Source: an uncultured Clostridia bacterium | GTDB lineage: Bacteria > Bacillota > Clostridia > Oscillospirales > CAG-272 | Assembly: GCA_946407735.1 (NCBI GenBank) | Contig: CAMJPL010000009.1 | Location: forward strand, 14,847-78,846 | Reading direction: 5' to 3' | Length of the DNA stretch: 64,000 bases | Part shown: one piece after another, positions 1-10,235 of the stretch | Numbering within the stretch: position 1 is the stretch's first letter | How the letters are laid out: the number at the start of each line of letters is the position of its first letter | Translations under genes and position numbers: made by a program | The notes under the pieces: generated by a model | The model's database searches: none | Told to the model about the DNA's origin: nothing | Seen by the model: the letters and a program-made list of their open reading frames with translations, nothing else

Positions 1-66
1 CGATAATACCGTTTTTAAAAGAATATGCTGAAAAGGAGATGAAATATCGGGCACGGCATAAGCCGC

Positions 67-1455
67 TCAGTCGTCGACCACCCTTGATTTCGACAGACTC
101 GTTTTGTGATAGTAGATGAAGGTTATCGTCGAGCAGACGAGCCATCCGGCGGGATAGCCCATCGCTATCGGTATCAGCTCGTTCGCGATGAAATTCGACA
201 TGACGAAAAGATATATCTGCCTGAATACCACGAACGACAGCAGCATTATGATCATCGGCGCGCGGCTGTCTCCGGCTCCGCGCAGCGCGCCGGAATACAC
301 CTGATTCACGCAGCAGAGCACGTAAAACGGCGATATCGCGCGCAGCAGCATCGCTCCGTATTCGACGACCTCCGGCTTTGAGTTGAAGAAGGCGACGAAC
401 TTCGGCGCGAACAGCATTACCGGGATCATGATGACGACCGTCGAGACGGCGGCCATCATAAGGGAGATGTTCGCTCCCCGCTTTGCCCGCTCGACCTGCT
501 TTTTCCCGAGATTCTGTCCGACGAAGGTGGTGGAGGCGAGGGATATCGACTGCATCGGCAGGAACAGGATCTGGTCGATCTTGTTGTATGCCGTCCATCC
601 GGCCATGACGTCGGTTTGGAAGTAGTTGATGTACGACTGAACGAAGATGTTCGAGAACGACGTCACCGCCATCTGCAGCGCCGCCGGTATGCCGACCTTG
701 AATATCTTTTTCAGCATGTCGAAGGATATCCTCAGTCTGCGCGGTATCAGCCTGATGCACGATTTCGACCGCATAAGGGTGATGATGACGAGCACCGCCG
801 ATGTGCACTGGGCTATGACTGTCGCCCACGCGACTCCGGCGACGCCCATATCGAAGGCGAGCACGAACAGCAGATCGAGGACGGTGTTCATCAGAGCCGA
901 CACGCAGAGAAAGTAGAATGGCCGCTGCGAGTCGCCGACCGCCCTCAGGATCCCGGCCCCGATGTTGTAGACCATGAGCCCGGCGACGCCGGAAAAGTAT
1001 ATCGTAAGGTATGACACCGCCTCCGGCCTCACGTCCGCCGGAGCCTTCATCATGTCCACCATGTAGGGCGACATTATGACTCCCGCCGCCGTGAACACGG
1101 CTGCCATCGCCAGCGTCATCAGGATCGAGGTGTGGACGGCCTCGCTCACCTTTTCGTCGTTCTTCGCGCCGTAATACTGCGAGATGACGACTCCGGCGCC
1201 GCTCGCCAGACCGAGGAAGAAGCCGATCAGCATGTTGGTGATCGGACCGACGCTCCCGACGGCCGAGAAGGCCGCCGTCGAGACATAATTGCCGACCACC
1301 CATGTGTCGACCATGTTGTAAAGCTGCTGGAAGATGTTCCCTATAAGCAGAGGGAAGGCGAAGGTCAGGATATGCCTGACGATACCGCCCTCCGTCATGT
1401 CGACGTCGCCGCGCCCGAAGCGGCTGAAAACAGAGGCTTTTATTCCCGATGCCAT
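67..1455 (-). CDS. MATE family efflux transporter
   Basis: 462-aa multi-TM ORF. The N-terminal ILTFAFPLLIGNIFQQLYNMVDTWVVG is the classic MatE motif. An internal Met at 1398 is an alternative start. Confidence 0.85.
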   Translation of the reverse strand: MASGIKASVFSRFGRGDVDMTEGGIVRHILTFAFPLLIGNIFQQLYNMVDTWVVGNYVSTAAFSAVGSVGPITNMLIGFFLGLASGAGVVISQYYGAKNDEKVSEAVHTSILMTLAMAAVFTAAGVIMSPYMVDMMKAPADVRPEAVSYLTIYFSGVAGLMVYNIGAGILRAVGDSQRPFYFLCVSALMNTVLDLLFVLAFDMGVAGVAWATVIAQCTSAVLVIITLMRSKSCIRLIPRRLRISFDMLKKIFKVGIPAALQMAVTSFSNIFVQSYINYFQTDVMAGWTAYNKIDQILFLPMQSISLASTTFVGQNLGKKQVERAKRGANISLMMAAVSTVVIMIPVMLFAPKFVAFFNSKPEVVEYGAMLLRAISPFYVLCCVNQVYSGALRGAGDSRAPMIIMLLSFVVFRQIYLFVMSNFIANELIPIAMGYPAGWLVCSTITFIYYHKTSLSKSRVVDD

Positions 1456-1574
1456 AATCCGTGCCGTAGATACCGCGTTTGCTCCGGATTATGATACCAG
1501 AACATCGCCCCGATTTCAAGCTGTGACAATGAAATTTCGGTTAAATGATTCGACCGTCAGCCCATGGCGCGCCG

Positions 1575-3899
1575 TCAGTTCGCGGCGCTGTCTTCGGTGA
1601 TATACAGTTCCGTCATGCCGCCGTCTCCGATAAGAACCGTCTTTATCTCGTACGGCCGCATCGGGACGGCGTATTCCTTGCCTTTCGCGCGGAGCAGGGC
1701 GTCGGTTTTCACGCCTTTGTCCCCGTAAAGTCGGAGGACAGTTCCGCCGCCGTCCTCGCAGAGCTTCACGGCGGCAAGGCAGGCGCCTTCGGCCGAATAA
1801 TAGCTGTTTTCTGGCGGCAGATCGCCGCCGTGATTCGATTCGTCGATGGTGATCGGCGGATTCAGGAAGCCGTCCGCCATCTCCCATCTTCCGCGGCTGA
1901 AATCGATCCTCAGCTTCCCCTCGTTCATCCCCTGGGACATGTAGTCGTAATCGCCGTTTTCCTCGTCGAGCGGTGATATCCTGAGATCGCCGTATATCGC
2001 GCTGCGAAGGACCGTCAGCCCGAGCCTGCCGCCCGTCATTGTATAGGCGAAGACGCTGTCGGCGCAGACCGAGTATCTGCCGGTGTCGAGCCACAGCCCG
2101 AGCGGGAGATCGGCCTTCGTCCCGCCGCGCGCCGTCTCGCCGTAGGGAAGCGCCGCCGTGTGACCGTGCGATTCCGCAGGCAGCTCGAGCTTGAGGACGA
2201 TATGCTTTTCGTTCCAGTTCACGCGGTATGATATGTCGATATACCCGGCGTCTTTGTATATTATATAGTATATGTCGATGAGCGACGAGCGGAAGCGGTA
2301 GGAAGTCTTCACCTTTATCCGGTGGATCCCCGACTCCGTCACTTTCACGCTGAGAAGCTCCGGGTCCTCAAGCCTTTCGCCGTACTCTGAGATATTGAAG
2401 CACCATGTGTCGCCGTCGTCCTTATAGCATACCGGCCTTACGCCGCCGCGGAGAAGATCCTCGCCTGTCGCTATGTCGGTCACGGAGGCTATATACCCGG
2501 TCGATCTGTCTATCGAAACGGTGAAGCGGTCCGTCGTTATCCGGCTTATGTCGGTTTCCGGTTTCGGCTGCTTTTCGCCGGTCTTTATCACCCGGAAGCA
2601 CTTGTAGCCGAGAGACGGTATATCGGCTTTGAACAGGAACCTCGAGCGGAAGCCGGGTATCACCGACTTCTCCTGAATAATCTGGCAGGGGTATCTTGCA
2701 CCGTCAGCGTCCTCGAGATCGATCCCGTCATAGTACCACGGGAACTGATGCACCCACTGTACCTCGGCTTCGATATAGCCGCGGTACGGCGCTCCGCCGA
2801 GGTTCCACGCGACTATGTTCCACTCGTCCCGGGAATTCTCCCCAACCGTTTTTATCCTCGCCGTGACGCTCTGCAGGCTGAAATGCGTGATCTCGTCCGC
2901 CGATGCTACCGCGCGCCCGGTGAGGTTGCGGGCGTCAAAGTACTCGTCCTTTATGCAGGTGCCGCCGAGGGTGTCGTGGAACTGACCGAACATGATATCC
3001 CGCCAGATATTTTCGATCTCCCGCCGCCTGTCGAGCCCGGCTATGACGGACGCCTTCTCGGCGTTCAGCGCGGCGTACTCGGCGTTCCTGTTCAGACGCT
3101 TGTACCAGCTCTCGTCGGAATACGAGCCGAAATCCGGGATCGGCAGCTCGCCCTCGACGACATAGCCGATATCTCCGCGTGACGCGAAGAAATCGTCGAC
3201 GCGGGAGAAGACGGCGTCCTCCCGGGCGTTTATATCGCTTATCATCTTTTTCGTCGGCGCCCCGCCGTGGTCGGTGACGCCGTATAGGATCATCTCGTCG
3301 CCGCCGTCGGCATCGCCGCCCTCGGATAGCGGCTTTCCGAGCCTGTCGCCGAGCTCATATGGATAGCAGCCGTCGAAGCGGTACGCCGGGATATCGCTTC
3401 CGTCGCAGCCGCGCCAGACGAAAAGCGGACGCTCGAACTCATACTGCCCCGGCGTCGGGCGGACGAAGCAGTAGTGGAGGATATGGCTTTTCAATAGTAT
3501 CTGCGGCAGGGAGGAGCTGTGCCCGAAGCTGTCGACGTTGAAGGCGCCGGAGGAGAAGATACCGAAGTTGTCCTTCAGATATCTCTGTCCGTACAGCCCG
3601 TGCCTCGCGTAGCTCTCGCCCATGGCGCAGTAGCAGTCGGGCTGAACCCACCATCCCTCGCACAGCTCCCAGCGCCCCTCTCTGACGCGGGCTTTGATCT
3701 CATCGAACATCTCCGGCTCGGTGTTCTTTATCCACTCGAATACCGGCGGGCAGGAGAAGGAGTAGATGAAGCCCTCGTCCTCCTTCATCCGGTCGAGCGC
3801 CGATCTGAAGGTGGCGCGTATCGAAGCCATGCTCTCGTCCCATTTCCATTCCCATACCGGGTCGAAATGGGTGTTGCCTATCATGTAATATCTTTTCAT
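1575..3899 (-). CDS. GH38 alpha-mannosidase (cytoplasmic)
   Basis: ORF 1575..4061 trimmed to Met55 (ATG at 3899), preceded by GGGAGG. YMIGNTHFDPVWEW and VDSFGH are GH38 N-terminal catalytic motifs. No signal peptide. Confidence 0.85.
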   Translation of the reverse strand: MKRYYMIGNTHFDPVWEWKWDESMASIRATFRSALDRMKEDEGFIYSFSCPPVFEWIKNTEPEMFDEIKARVREGRWELCEGWWVQPDCYCAMGESYARHGLYGQRYLKDNFGIFSSGAFNVDSFGHSSSLPQILLKSHILHYCFVRPTPGQYEFERPLFVWRGCDGSDIPAYRFDGCYPYELGDRLGKPLSEGGDADGGDEMILYGVTDHGGAPTKKMISDINAREDAVFSRVDDFFASRGDIGYVVEGELPIPDFGSYSDESWYKRLNRNAEYAALNAEKASVIAGLDRRREIENIWRDIMFGQFHDTLGGTCIKDEYFDARNLTGRAVASADEITHFSLQSVTARIKTVGENSRDEWNIVAWNLGGAPYRGYIEAEVQWVHQFPWYYDGIDLEDADGARYPCQIIQEKSVIPGFRSRFLFKADIPSLGYKCFRVIKTGEKQPKPETDISRITTDRFTVSIDRSTGYIASVTDIATGEDLLRGGVRPVCYKDDGDTWCFNISEYGERLEDPELLSVKVTESGIHRIKVKTSYRFRSSLIDIYYIIYKDAGYIDISYRVNWNEKHIVLKLELPAESHGHTAALPYGETARGGTKADLPLGLWLDTGRYSVCADSVFAYTMTGGRLGLTVLRSAIYGDLRISPLDEENGDYDYMSQGMNEGKLRIDFSRGRWEMADGFLNPPITIDESNHGGDLPPENSYYSAEGACLAAVKLCEDGGGTVLRLYGDKGVKTDALLRAKGKEYAVPMRPYEIKTVLIGDGGMTELYITEDSAAN

Positions 3900-3939
3900 A
3901 TGCCCTCCCAGGACGGCGGTGGCGTGTTGTATGGTTATT

Positions 3940-3968
3940 ATTATACTGCATTCGGGCGGCAAATGCAA
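3940..3968 (-). promoter_or_regulatory. sigma-A type promoter for the GH38 gene (TTGCAT-N17-TATAAT)
   Basis: The minus strand reads TTGCAT (3968..3963), a 17-nt spacer, then TATAAT (3945..3940), about 40 nt upstream of the ATG at 3899. Confidence 0.6.
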
Positions 3969-4062
3969 CAGAAACATCAGAATACCTTGTGAATGCAAGA
4001 CGGAATTGATCTGATAATCTGAATTTGCAAAAAACACGGTGCAACATAATCCCGGGATCATA

Positions 4063-4091
4063 TTGACAAATCACAATTTTTTATCTATAAT
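4063..4091 (+). promoter_or_regulatory. consensus promoter TTGACA-N17-TATAAT for the GH2 operon
   Basis: TTGACA at 4063..4068, exact 17-nt spacer, TATAAT at 4086..4091. Divergent from the GH38 promoter. Leaves a leader of about 165 nt before the ATG at 4264. Confidence 0.7.
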
Positions 4092-4263
4092 ATGAAGTGT
4101 GATCCTCGCCGGACAGAGAGATTTTTCAGGAATAAACGGCCTGAAATGCCGGTCCCGGAAAACAAACGATACATCAAAAGATACTCCGGCAACAGAAAAA
4201 TCCACAAATAAAACCGCATAATGATTCCGAATCGAACCGAAGAAAAATTTACGGGGGATAGAT

Positions 4264-6537
4264 ATGAAGATACCGCTTAAAGACTGGACCGTCGCCGGAT
4301 CGTGGCCGTGGACCGTCATGCAAGGCGCGTCCGTCGAAACCGGAGCGAAGTTCTCAGCCGTGACGCCGCGCATCGCGGCGAGAGTGCCTGGCAGCGTGTA
4401 CGACGATCTCGAGCGGGCCGGACTGATCCCGGACCCGTATTTCGAGCGAAACTCCCTGCTCTGCGAGTGGGTGGCGAATCGTTTCTGGAGCTACTGCACG
4501 TCGCTGAAAAAGCCGGAGACTGGCGGCAGACGCGCGCGTCTTGTCTTCCTTGGGATCGACTATCATGCCCATGTGTTTCTGAACGACCGGAAGATCGCGG
4601 AGCACGTCGGCATGTACGCGCCGCTTACCGTCGACGTGACGGAAGCTCTGCGCGAAGGGGAGAACACCCTGACGGTCGTGCTCGAAAGCGCGCCTGACGA
4701 GATGGGGCAGATCGGGTACACCAGCCGCACATGGACGCAGAAGGCGCGGTTCGGGTACAAGTGGGACTTCGGCACGCGGCTGGTGAACCTAGGTCTGTAC
4801 GGTGAAGCGTTTCTCGATATCTGCGATGATCCTTTAAAGGACGTACAGATCCGATATGAAGGCGGCGGGAGGCTCACCGTCTCGGCCGCGAATCCGAGCT
4901 TTTGCGCGGCCCTGTCGCTGCGCGGCATCCCGAAAGCTGAGGGGAAGACCGCAGCCGGAACGCTGACCCTCGAGATCCCCGAGCCCGAGCTGTGGTTTCC
5001 GAACGGATACGGAGAACAGCCGCTGTACGACCTGACGCTTTGCTCTGAGGACGACGAAAAAACCTTCCGTGTCGGGCTGAGGACGATCGAATACCGAAAG
5101 CCGGACTGCTCAGACCCGGGCGTGCTGCCGTATGTTTCAGTCGTGAACGGGATACCCGTTTACATCAAGGGCATGAACATGACTCCGCTTGACCATCGGA
5201 CCGGCACGGTGACGAGGGAGCGGTATGACAGACTGCTTTCCCTCGCCCGGGACGTCGGAGTGAACCTGATCCGAGTCTGGGGCGGAGGAGTGATCGAAAG
5301 CGAGGATTTTTACGGGCTCTGCGACGAATACGGCATCATGGTCTGGCAGGAGTTCATCCAGTCCTCGTCCGGGATCGACAACATCCCGTCGAAGCGCCCG
5401 GAATTTCTGAGACTTCTTGAGCAGACCGCCCGGGCGGTCCTGCCGGAGAAGCGCAATCATGTCTCCCTTACATATCTCAGCGGCGGGAACGAGCTGATGG
5501 ACGAAAACGGGATCCCCTCCGATTTCTCGGACGAAAACATCGCCATGCTGAAGCGGATCGCCGACAGGCTCGCGCCGGATGTGCTCATGCTGCCCACCTC
5601 CGCGTCAGGGCCGACCGAGTGGTTCGATCCCGACCGCCCGGAGCGTAATCAGGACATCCACGGCCCATGGAAATATGAGGGTGTGCGCGGACAGTACGAA
5701 TTGTACAACCGTTCAACGATCCTTCTGCACAGCGAGTTCGGCGTGGACGGCATGTCGAACATCGGCTCGATCCGGACCGTCCTATCACCCGAGAATCAGA
5801 AGGTCACGATCATGGCTGAAAACCTCACATGGCGGCATCACGGGGAGTGGTGGGACACCTATTCCTATCGCGAACGCCCGCTGTTCGGGGAGATCGACGA
5901 TCTCGAAGAGCTCTGCGATCTCAGCCAGTATATGCAGGCCGAAGGCATCCGATACGCGGTCGAGGCGCACCGCCGCCGGGCGAAGACGTCAAAGCCCGCT
6001 GTCTTCACGCAGGGCGAGGTTTTTGCGCCGGTCACACAGGAGAATATCGGTTCGATCGTGTGGCAGCTGAACGAGCCGTGGCCGAACGTATCCTGCACCT
6101 CGATGGCCGATTATTACGGGAATCCGAAGCTCGCCCTCCTGTTCTGGCGGGACGCGCAGGAGCCGCTCCGTCTGACGCTTCGCTATGACCGGCTGGTGTG
6201 GAAAACGGGTGAGAGCTTTGAAGGATTTGCCTTCCTCTGCGACGACAGGAGCACGGGAGCCGATTCTATCTCTGTCAGAGCGTACGGGGACGGGTATTCG
6301 CTTCTCCCGGGAGCGGACAGCGAAAAGCTCCGCATCCCGGTCACGCTCTCCGGAAACCGCGTCTCATTCCCGGTCCCGGAGGGAGGATCCTTCTCCGTCG
6401 TCTGCGATGCCGTAAAGGACGGCAGGAAGCGCAGCGCGGTTTATCTCTTCCTTGTAGGGGAGGAAGGCAGCCTGCCGCGTGAGCCGATCCTGCGGTTTGT
6501 GCGGGAATACAGGGCTGTAAACGGGCAAAAGCAGTGA
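4264..6537 (+). CDS. GH2 family glycosidase, beta-mannosidase-like
   Basis: 757 aa with GGGGGA RBS. N-terminal VPGSVYDDLERAGLIPDPYFERNSLLCEWV and the WQEF../NEL acid/base region are typical of GH2 beta-mannosidases. No signal peptide. Confidence 0.8.
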   Translation: MKIPLKDWTVAGSWPWTVMQGASVETGAKFSAVTPRIAARVPGSVYDDLERAGLIPDPYFERNSLLCEWVANRFWSYCTSLKKPETGGRRARLVFLGIDYHAHVFLNDRKIAEHVGMYAPLTVDVTEALREGENTLTVVLESAPDEMGQIGYTSRTWTQKARFGYKWDFGTRLVNLGLYGEAFLDICDDPLKDVQIRYEGGGRLTVSAANPSFCAALSLRGIPKAEGKTAAGTLTLEIPEPELWFPNGYGEQPLYDLTLCSEDDEKTFRVGLRTIEYRKPDCSDPGVLPYVSVVNGIPVYIKGMNMTPLDHRTGTVTRERYDRLLSLARDVGVNLIRVWGGGVIESEDFYGLCDEYGIMVWQEFIQSSSGIDNIPSKRPEFLRLLEQTARAVLPEKRNHVSLTYLSGGNELMDENGIPSDFSDENIAMLKRIADRLAPDVLMLPTSASGPTEWFDPDRPERNQDIHGPWKYEGVRGQYELYNRSTILLHSEFGVDGMSNIGSIRTVLSPENQKVTIMAENLTWRHHGEWWDTYSYRERPLFGEIDDLEELCDLSQYMQAEGIRYAVEAHRRRAKTSKPAVFTQGEVFAPVTQENIGSIVWQLNEPWPNVSCTSMADYYGNPKLALLFWRDAQEPLRLTLRYDRLVWKTGESFEGFAFLCDDRSTGADSISVRAYGDGYSLLPGADSEKLRIPVTLSGNRVSFPVPEGGSFSVVCDAVKDGRKRSAVYLFLVGEEGSLPREPILRFVREYRAVNGQKQ

Positions 6538-6625
6538 AAACGAACTCGTCGCCGCTCAGAGCATAAAGGGCATTCCTGCCGCCGCTTATTGATGCGCCAA
6601 AAAACACGCTCAAAGGCCAAATATC

Positions 6626-9199
6626 ATGATCGACATAAAAAATATAAAACAATCGTTCGAGAAAAAGGGATTCGATTTTTCCGGAAAGTATATCCCGTAC
6701 GCCTTCGATATGCAGGAGTATATGAAACGGTATGACGTCGTTTTCCGTACTCCGATGAAGCAGCCCTTCGAAGCTTTGCCGATCGGGAACGGCGACGTCG
6801 CGGCGATGATATGGAATACCGACGAATGCCTGAATATGCAGATAAACAAATGCGATCTCTGGTCGCAGCCTGACGGCGAGTCGCCGATGCTGCTGAGATC
6901 GGCGGCCCGCGTGAAAATCGACTTCGGGATGCCGTGCTTTGATTATCTGTATCTTGACGACTTTGATTCCCGTCTCTGCATCTCGAACGCCGAGGCGAAG
7001 TTTTATTCGTCGACTCCGTTCGCTCAGGTGTCCGCGGCAGCGTATGCCGACCCGGATCGCAATATCATAGTCGTCGAGCTGGAAAGCAGGACGGCGGATT
7101 TCTCTGCGATCCGCATCTCTCTTGAGCGCTACGGCAGCCGGTCATACGCCGGATGGTATCACAGTATTTATAAAGGCGCCGAAAAAGGCCTCGGAACGGC
7201 GAAGACCGGGATCAGTGACGGCAGGGCGTGGATGCTTGAAGGATTCGACGGGACCGGATCGCTTTCCTGCGCCGTCGCCGCGGCTGTCCTTGATGATGGA
7301 GCGGTCCTGAAAAAAATAAATGACCGACGGACGGAATTCACGATAGATTCCGACGGCAGCCGCAGGGTGACCCTTCTGATCTCGGCGGCGACGTCTCACG
7401 AAGCTCCCGATCCGCTCTCGAAGGCGTTTTCTCTGCTTGATGAGGGCATGGCCGGGTATGCCGCGATAAGATCCCGGAAGGACGAATGGTGGAAGGACTT
7501 CTGGAACCGGTCCTACGTTCATCTCAGCAAAGAGGGAAAAGAGGAGGAATTCGAGTATCTTTCCAATATCTATTACATACAGCAGTATATGATGGGTATC
7601 GGGTCACGCGGCAGATATCTCATGACATTCAACGCGGGGACATTCACATGGAACCGCGACGTCAGGCAGTGGGTAAATCCGCATCACTGGAACACGCAGC
7701 AGGCGTACTGGGCATTACAGGCGTCAAATCATCCCGAGTTGATGGAGCCGTATATAAACACATATACCCGGATAAGACCTCAGGCGGAAAAGTACGCTCG
7801 AGACACGTTCGGGATAAGCGGCATCGTCATAAGCGAGATGCACGACTTCGACGGGAGTATGCTCGCGTACAAATATACGCTCACCCCGGCGGCCCAGATC
7901 GCGATGCATTTCTGGGAGCATTATCTCTACAACGGGGACACAAAATACCTGCGCGATACCGCCTACCCGTTTATCGCCGGATGCGCTGATACCTACGCCG
8001 GTTACGCAAAGTACAACGAATCCACCGGGAAGTACGATATCGGCCCCGCGTCGCCGTACGAAACCGACTGCGACCTTCTGCTGTACAACACAGCCGTCGA
8101 CGGCGTCATGTCGAGGTACATCCTGTCGGCGGCTCTGAAAGCCGCGGCCGTCCTCGGGACAGAGGATGAGAGAACGGATAGATGGAAGAAGGTGCTTGAC
8201 AACATCTTTGATTTCGTCTATGAGCGCTCCTACGGCGATCCGAAAAAAGCGAAGGAATATCTGGCACTGGGACTGTCCGCCGACGACAGGACGGTCGTTC
8301 CGGGAAACGGCGGGTTCGCCCGCAACGCGGCTCCCCTGATGCCGGCCGCGATCATCGGGTCAAAAGATAAAGGCACCAGATTGTACAAAGCGGTGGAATC
8401 GGCTGTCTCGTCCTATCAGCGGCATATTCTCGCGATCACTCCGAAGGCGTGTCTCGAGGCTCGTCTCGGACACGGAGACGCGGCGGTTGATACCATGTTC
8501 GACATGATAGACCAGCTTCAGCATTTCCCGCAGGGGCTGTTCTACAATATCGACCACTGGCATATCTACTCGCGGTATGTCGCCTCGCATGACAAGGTCT
8601 CGAGAGCGGACGGGACCGGCCTTCAGTATCCCTTCTCACAGCGGGATTATATGTATGACTCGATGTGCGAATACGACAACATAACCGTTCGCGTCCCCGG
8701 CGGGTCGGAAGGGACGGTCGAGACCCCGACGCAGCCGTTCGTTCAGTGCGGATTTGAAAGTCCCGGAATAATAACGCACGCGTACAACGAGCTTTCGATG
8801 CAGAGCTATGAGAACGTCATACGGGTATATCCCTCATTCAGCGGAAATTACACGGGTTCCTTCACGCTGAAGGCCGTCGGCGGATTCATGGTGACAGGCG
8901 CCTGTACTCCGAAGGGACCGTCGAAATATATCATAATCAAGAGTCTGCTCGGGAACAGATGCGCGGTCGAGATCCCGTTCCCTGACGCCGTAATCTGCGA
9001 TACGGACGGCACGGAGATCGAAAGCCGGACTGACGAAAACGGATATACGGTCTTTGCGACGGAAGCCGGCATGACGTATCTTATATTCGGCAGAGATCTT
9101 TCGGAAGACGACATTCGGGATATGCGCATCCCGATGTATACGAATAACGACTGGCGGCACTGCGGAAACGCCAGGATCGGAAGCAAAAGACAGTTCTGA
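6626..9199 (+). CDS. six-hairpin glycosidase, GH95-like
   Basis: 857 aa. LPIGNGDVAAMIW near the N-terminus and FNAGTFTWNRDVRQWVNPHHWNTQQAYWALQASNHPEL resemble GH95-type N-terminal and catalytic-domain signatures. Family assignment is tentative. Confidence 0.6.
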   Translation: MIDIKNIKQSFEKKGFDFSGKYIPYAFDMQEYMKRYDVVFRTPMKQPFEALPIGNGDVAAMIWNTDECLNMQINKCDLWSQPDGESPMLLRSAARVKIDFGMPCFDYLYLDDFDSRLCISNAEAKFYSSTPFAQVSAAAYADPDRNIIVVELESRTADFSAIRISLERYGSRSYAGWYHSIYKGAEKGLGTAKTGISDGRAWMLEGFDGTGSLSCAVAAAVLDDGAVLKKINDRRTEFTIDSDGSRRVTLLISAATSHEAPDPLSKAFSLLDEGMAGYAAIRSRKDEWWKDFWNRSYVHLSKEGKEEEFEYLSNIYYIQQYMMGIGSRGRYLMTFNAGTFTWNRDVRQWVNPHHWNTQQAYWALQASNHPELMEPYINTYTRIRPQAEKYARDTFGISGIVISEMHDFDGSMLAYKYTLTPAAQIAMHFWEHYLYNGDTKYLRDTAYPFIAGCADTYAGYAKYNESTGKYDIGPASPYETDCDLLLYNTAVDGVMSRYILSAALKAAAVLGTEDERTDRWKKVLDNIFDFVYERSYGDPKKAKEYLALGLSADDRTVVPGNGGFARNAAPLMPAAIIGSKDKGTRLYKAVESAVSSYQRHILAITPKACLEARLGHGDAAVDTMFDMIDQLQHFPQGLFYNIDHWHIYSRYVASHDKVSRADGTGLQYPFSQRDYMYDSMCEYDNITVRVPGGSEGTVETPTQPFVQCGFESPGIITHAYNELSMQSYENVIRVYPSFSGNYTGSFTLKAVGGFMVTGACTPKGPSKYIIIKSLLGNRCAVEIPFPDAVICDTDGTEIESRTDENGYTVFATEAGMTYLIFGRDLSEDDIRDMRIPMYTNNDWRHCGNARIGSKRQF

Positions 9200-9241
9200 T
9201 TCATATCTATGAAAAATCACATACTTTGAGGAAGCGGAAAA

Positions 9242-10201
9242 ATGAAACCGTATTTAGTGCACATGACCGATCTGTTCCACCCGCACGGCGATCCCGACGA
9301 CCATTACGATCTGGCTTTGGCGTTTGCTCTTCACAAGCTGGGATATCTGGAACTCGGGAGGGTGGTATGCGACTATCCGCCGGCGCATCGGGCCGGCGAT
9401 CCCGCGCTCTGCGCCGTTGCCCAGCTGAATGAGCTCACCGGGAGCGACGTTCGTGTTTCTGTCTCTCCGTCCGATCCGTCTGCTCAGGCGCAGATGATAG
9501 TGAGCATACTGAAAGAAAGCAGCCGTCCGGTCTGTTTTACCGTCGTAGGCACGACGGAGCATATCGCCGGCGCGATAAGACTCGATCCAGAACTGTTTTC
9601 GGAAAAGTGCGCGGGGATCTGGCTGGCTGCGGGGACCGGCGCGGAAACAGAAGGCGGCGTTTTGGAATACAACGTCAGTCTTCACCCGTCGGCATTCGTC
9701 ACTACGCTGAACGCTCCGTGCCCGGTGTACTGGGCTCCCTGCTTCCATACGATTCTTCCTTCCGGGGAGCAGCACGGCGGTGAATACGGCAGCGTATACT
9801 GCATCAGACAAAGCGAGCTGCTGGATGATCTCTCATCCGGCCTGAAAAATTATTTTCTCTACATGCTGACCCGTTCGGATGATCCCAGATATCTGAGGTA
9901 TCTTAAAAAGCCGGTGGATGAGTCTTCCTTATCGGCTTTCGGCTCAGAACTGCGCAGGCTGTGGTCCACCCCGCTCCTGCTCGATATAGCGGGCGTTCCC
10001 TGCGAAAGCTATGAATTCCTGCCCGTTCAGATCAGCTGCACCGAGGATGCCCGTGTGTCATGGAAATACAGCTCCGAAAGCAGCCGCTTCATTTTCCGCA
10101 TGAAACATTGTGACAGGCAGACAGCGGACTCCTTCGATCGAACTGGGAGATACCATGATGAAATGCTTGCTCAGATGAAGCGGGTGCTATGTCGGATATG
10201 A
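9242..10201 (+). CDS. hypothetical protein, nucleoside-hydrolase-like fold
   Basis: 319 aa with GAGGAAG RBS. The N-terminal acidic cluster HMTDLFHPHGDPDDHYDLALAFAL and later VVGTTEHIAGAI...EYNVSLHPSAF recall the IU-nucleoside hydrolase architecture. Function unknown. Confidence 0.5.
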   Translation: MKPYLVHMTDLFHPHGDPDDHYDLALAFALHKLGYLELGRVVCDYPPAHRAGDPALCAVAQLNELTGSDVRVSVSPSDPSAQAQMIVSILKESSRPVCFTVVGTTEHIAGAIRLDPELFSEKCAGIWLAAGTGAETEGGVLEYNVSLHPSAFVTTLNAPCPVYWAPCFHTILPSGEQHGGEYGSVYCIRQSELLDDLSSGLKNYFLYMLTRSDDPRYLRYLKKPVDESSLSAFGSELRRLWSTPLLLDIAGVPCESYEFLPVQISCTEDARVSWKYSSESSRFIFRMKHCDRQTADSFDRTGRYHDEMLAQMKRVLCRI

Positions 10202-10235
10202 AGGAGGCGGGGGTATCGGCGGCGGTCAGAGAGTT

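Noticed and set aside
3900-4061. 54-codon N-terminal extension of the GH38 ORF.
   Set aside because: It runs through the promoter region. The Met at 3899 has a GGGAGG RBS and begins exactly at the conserved GH38 N-terminus.
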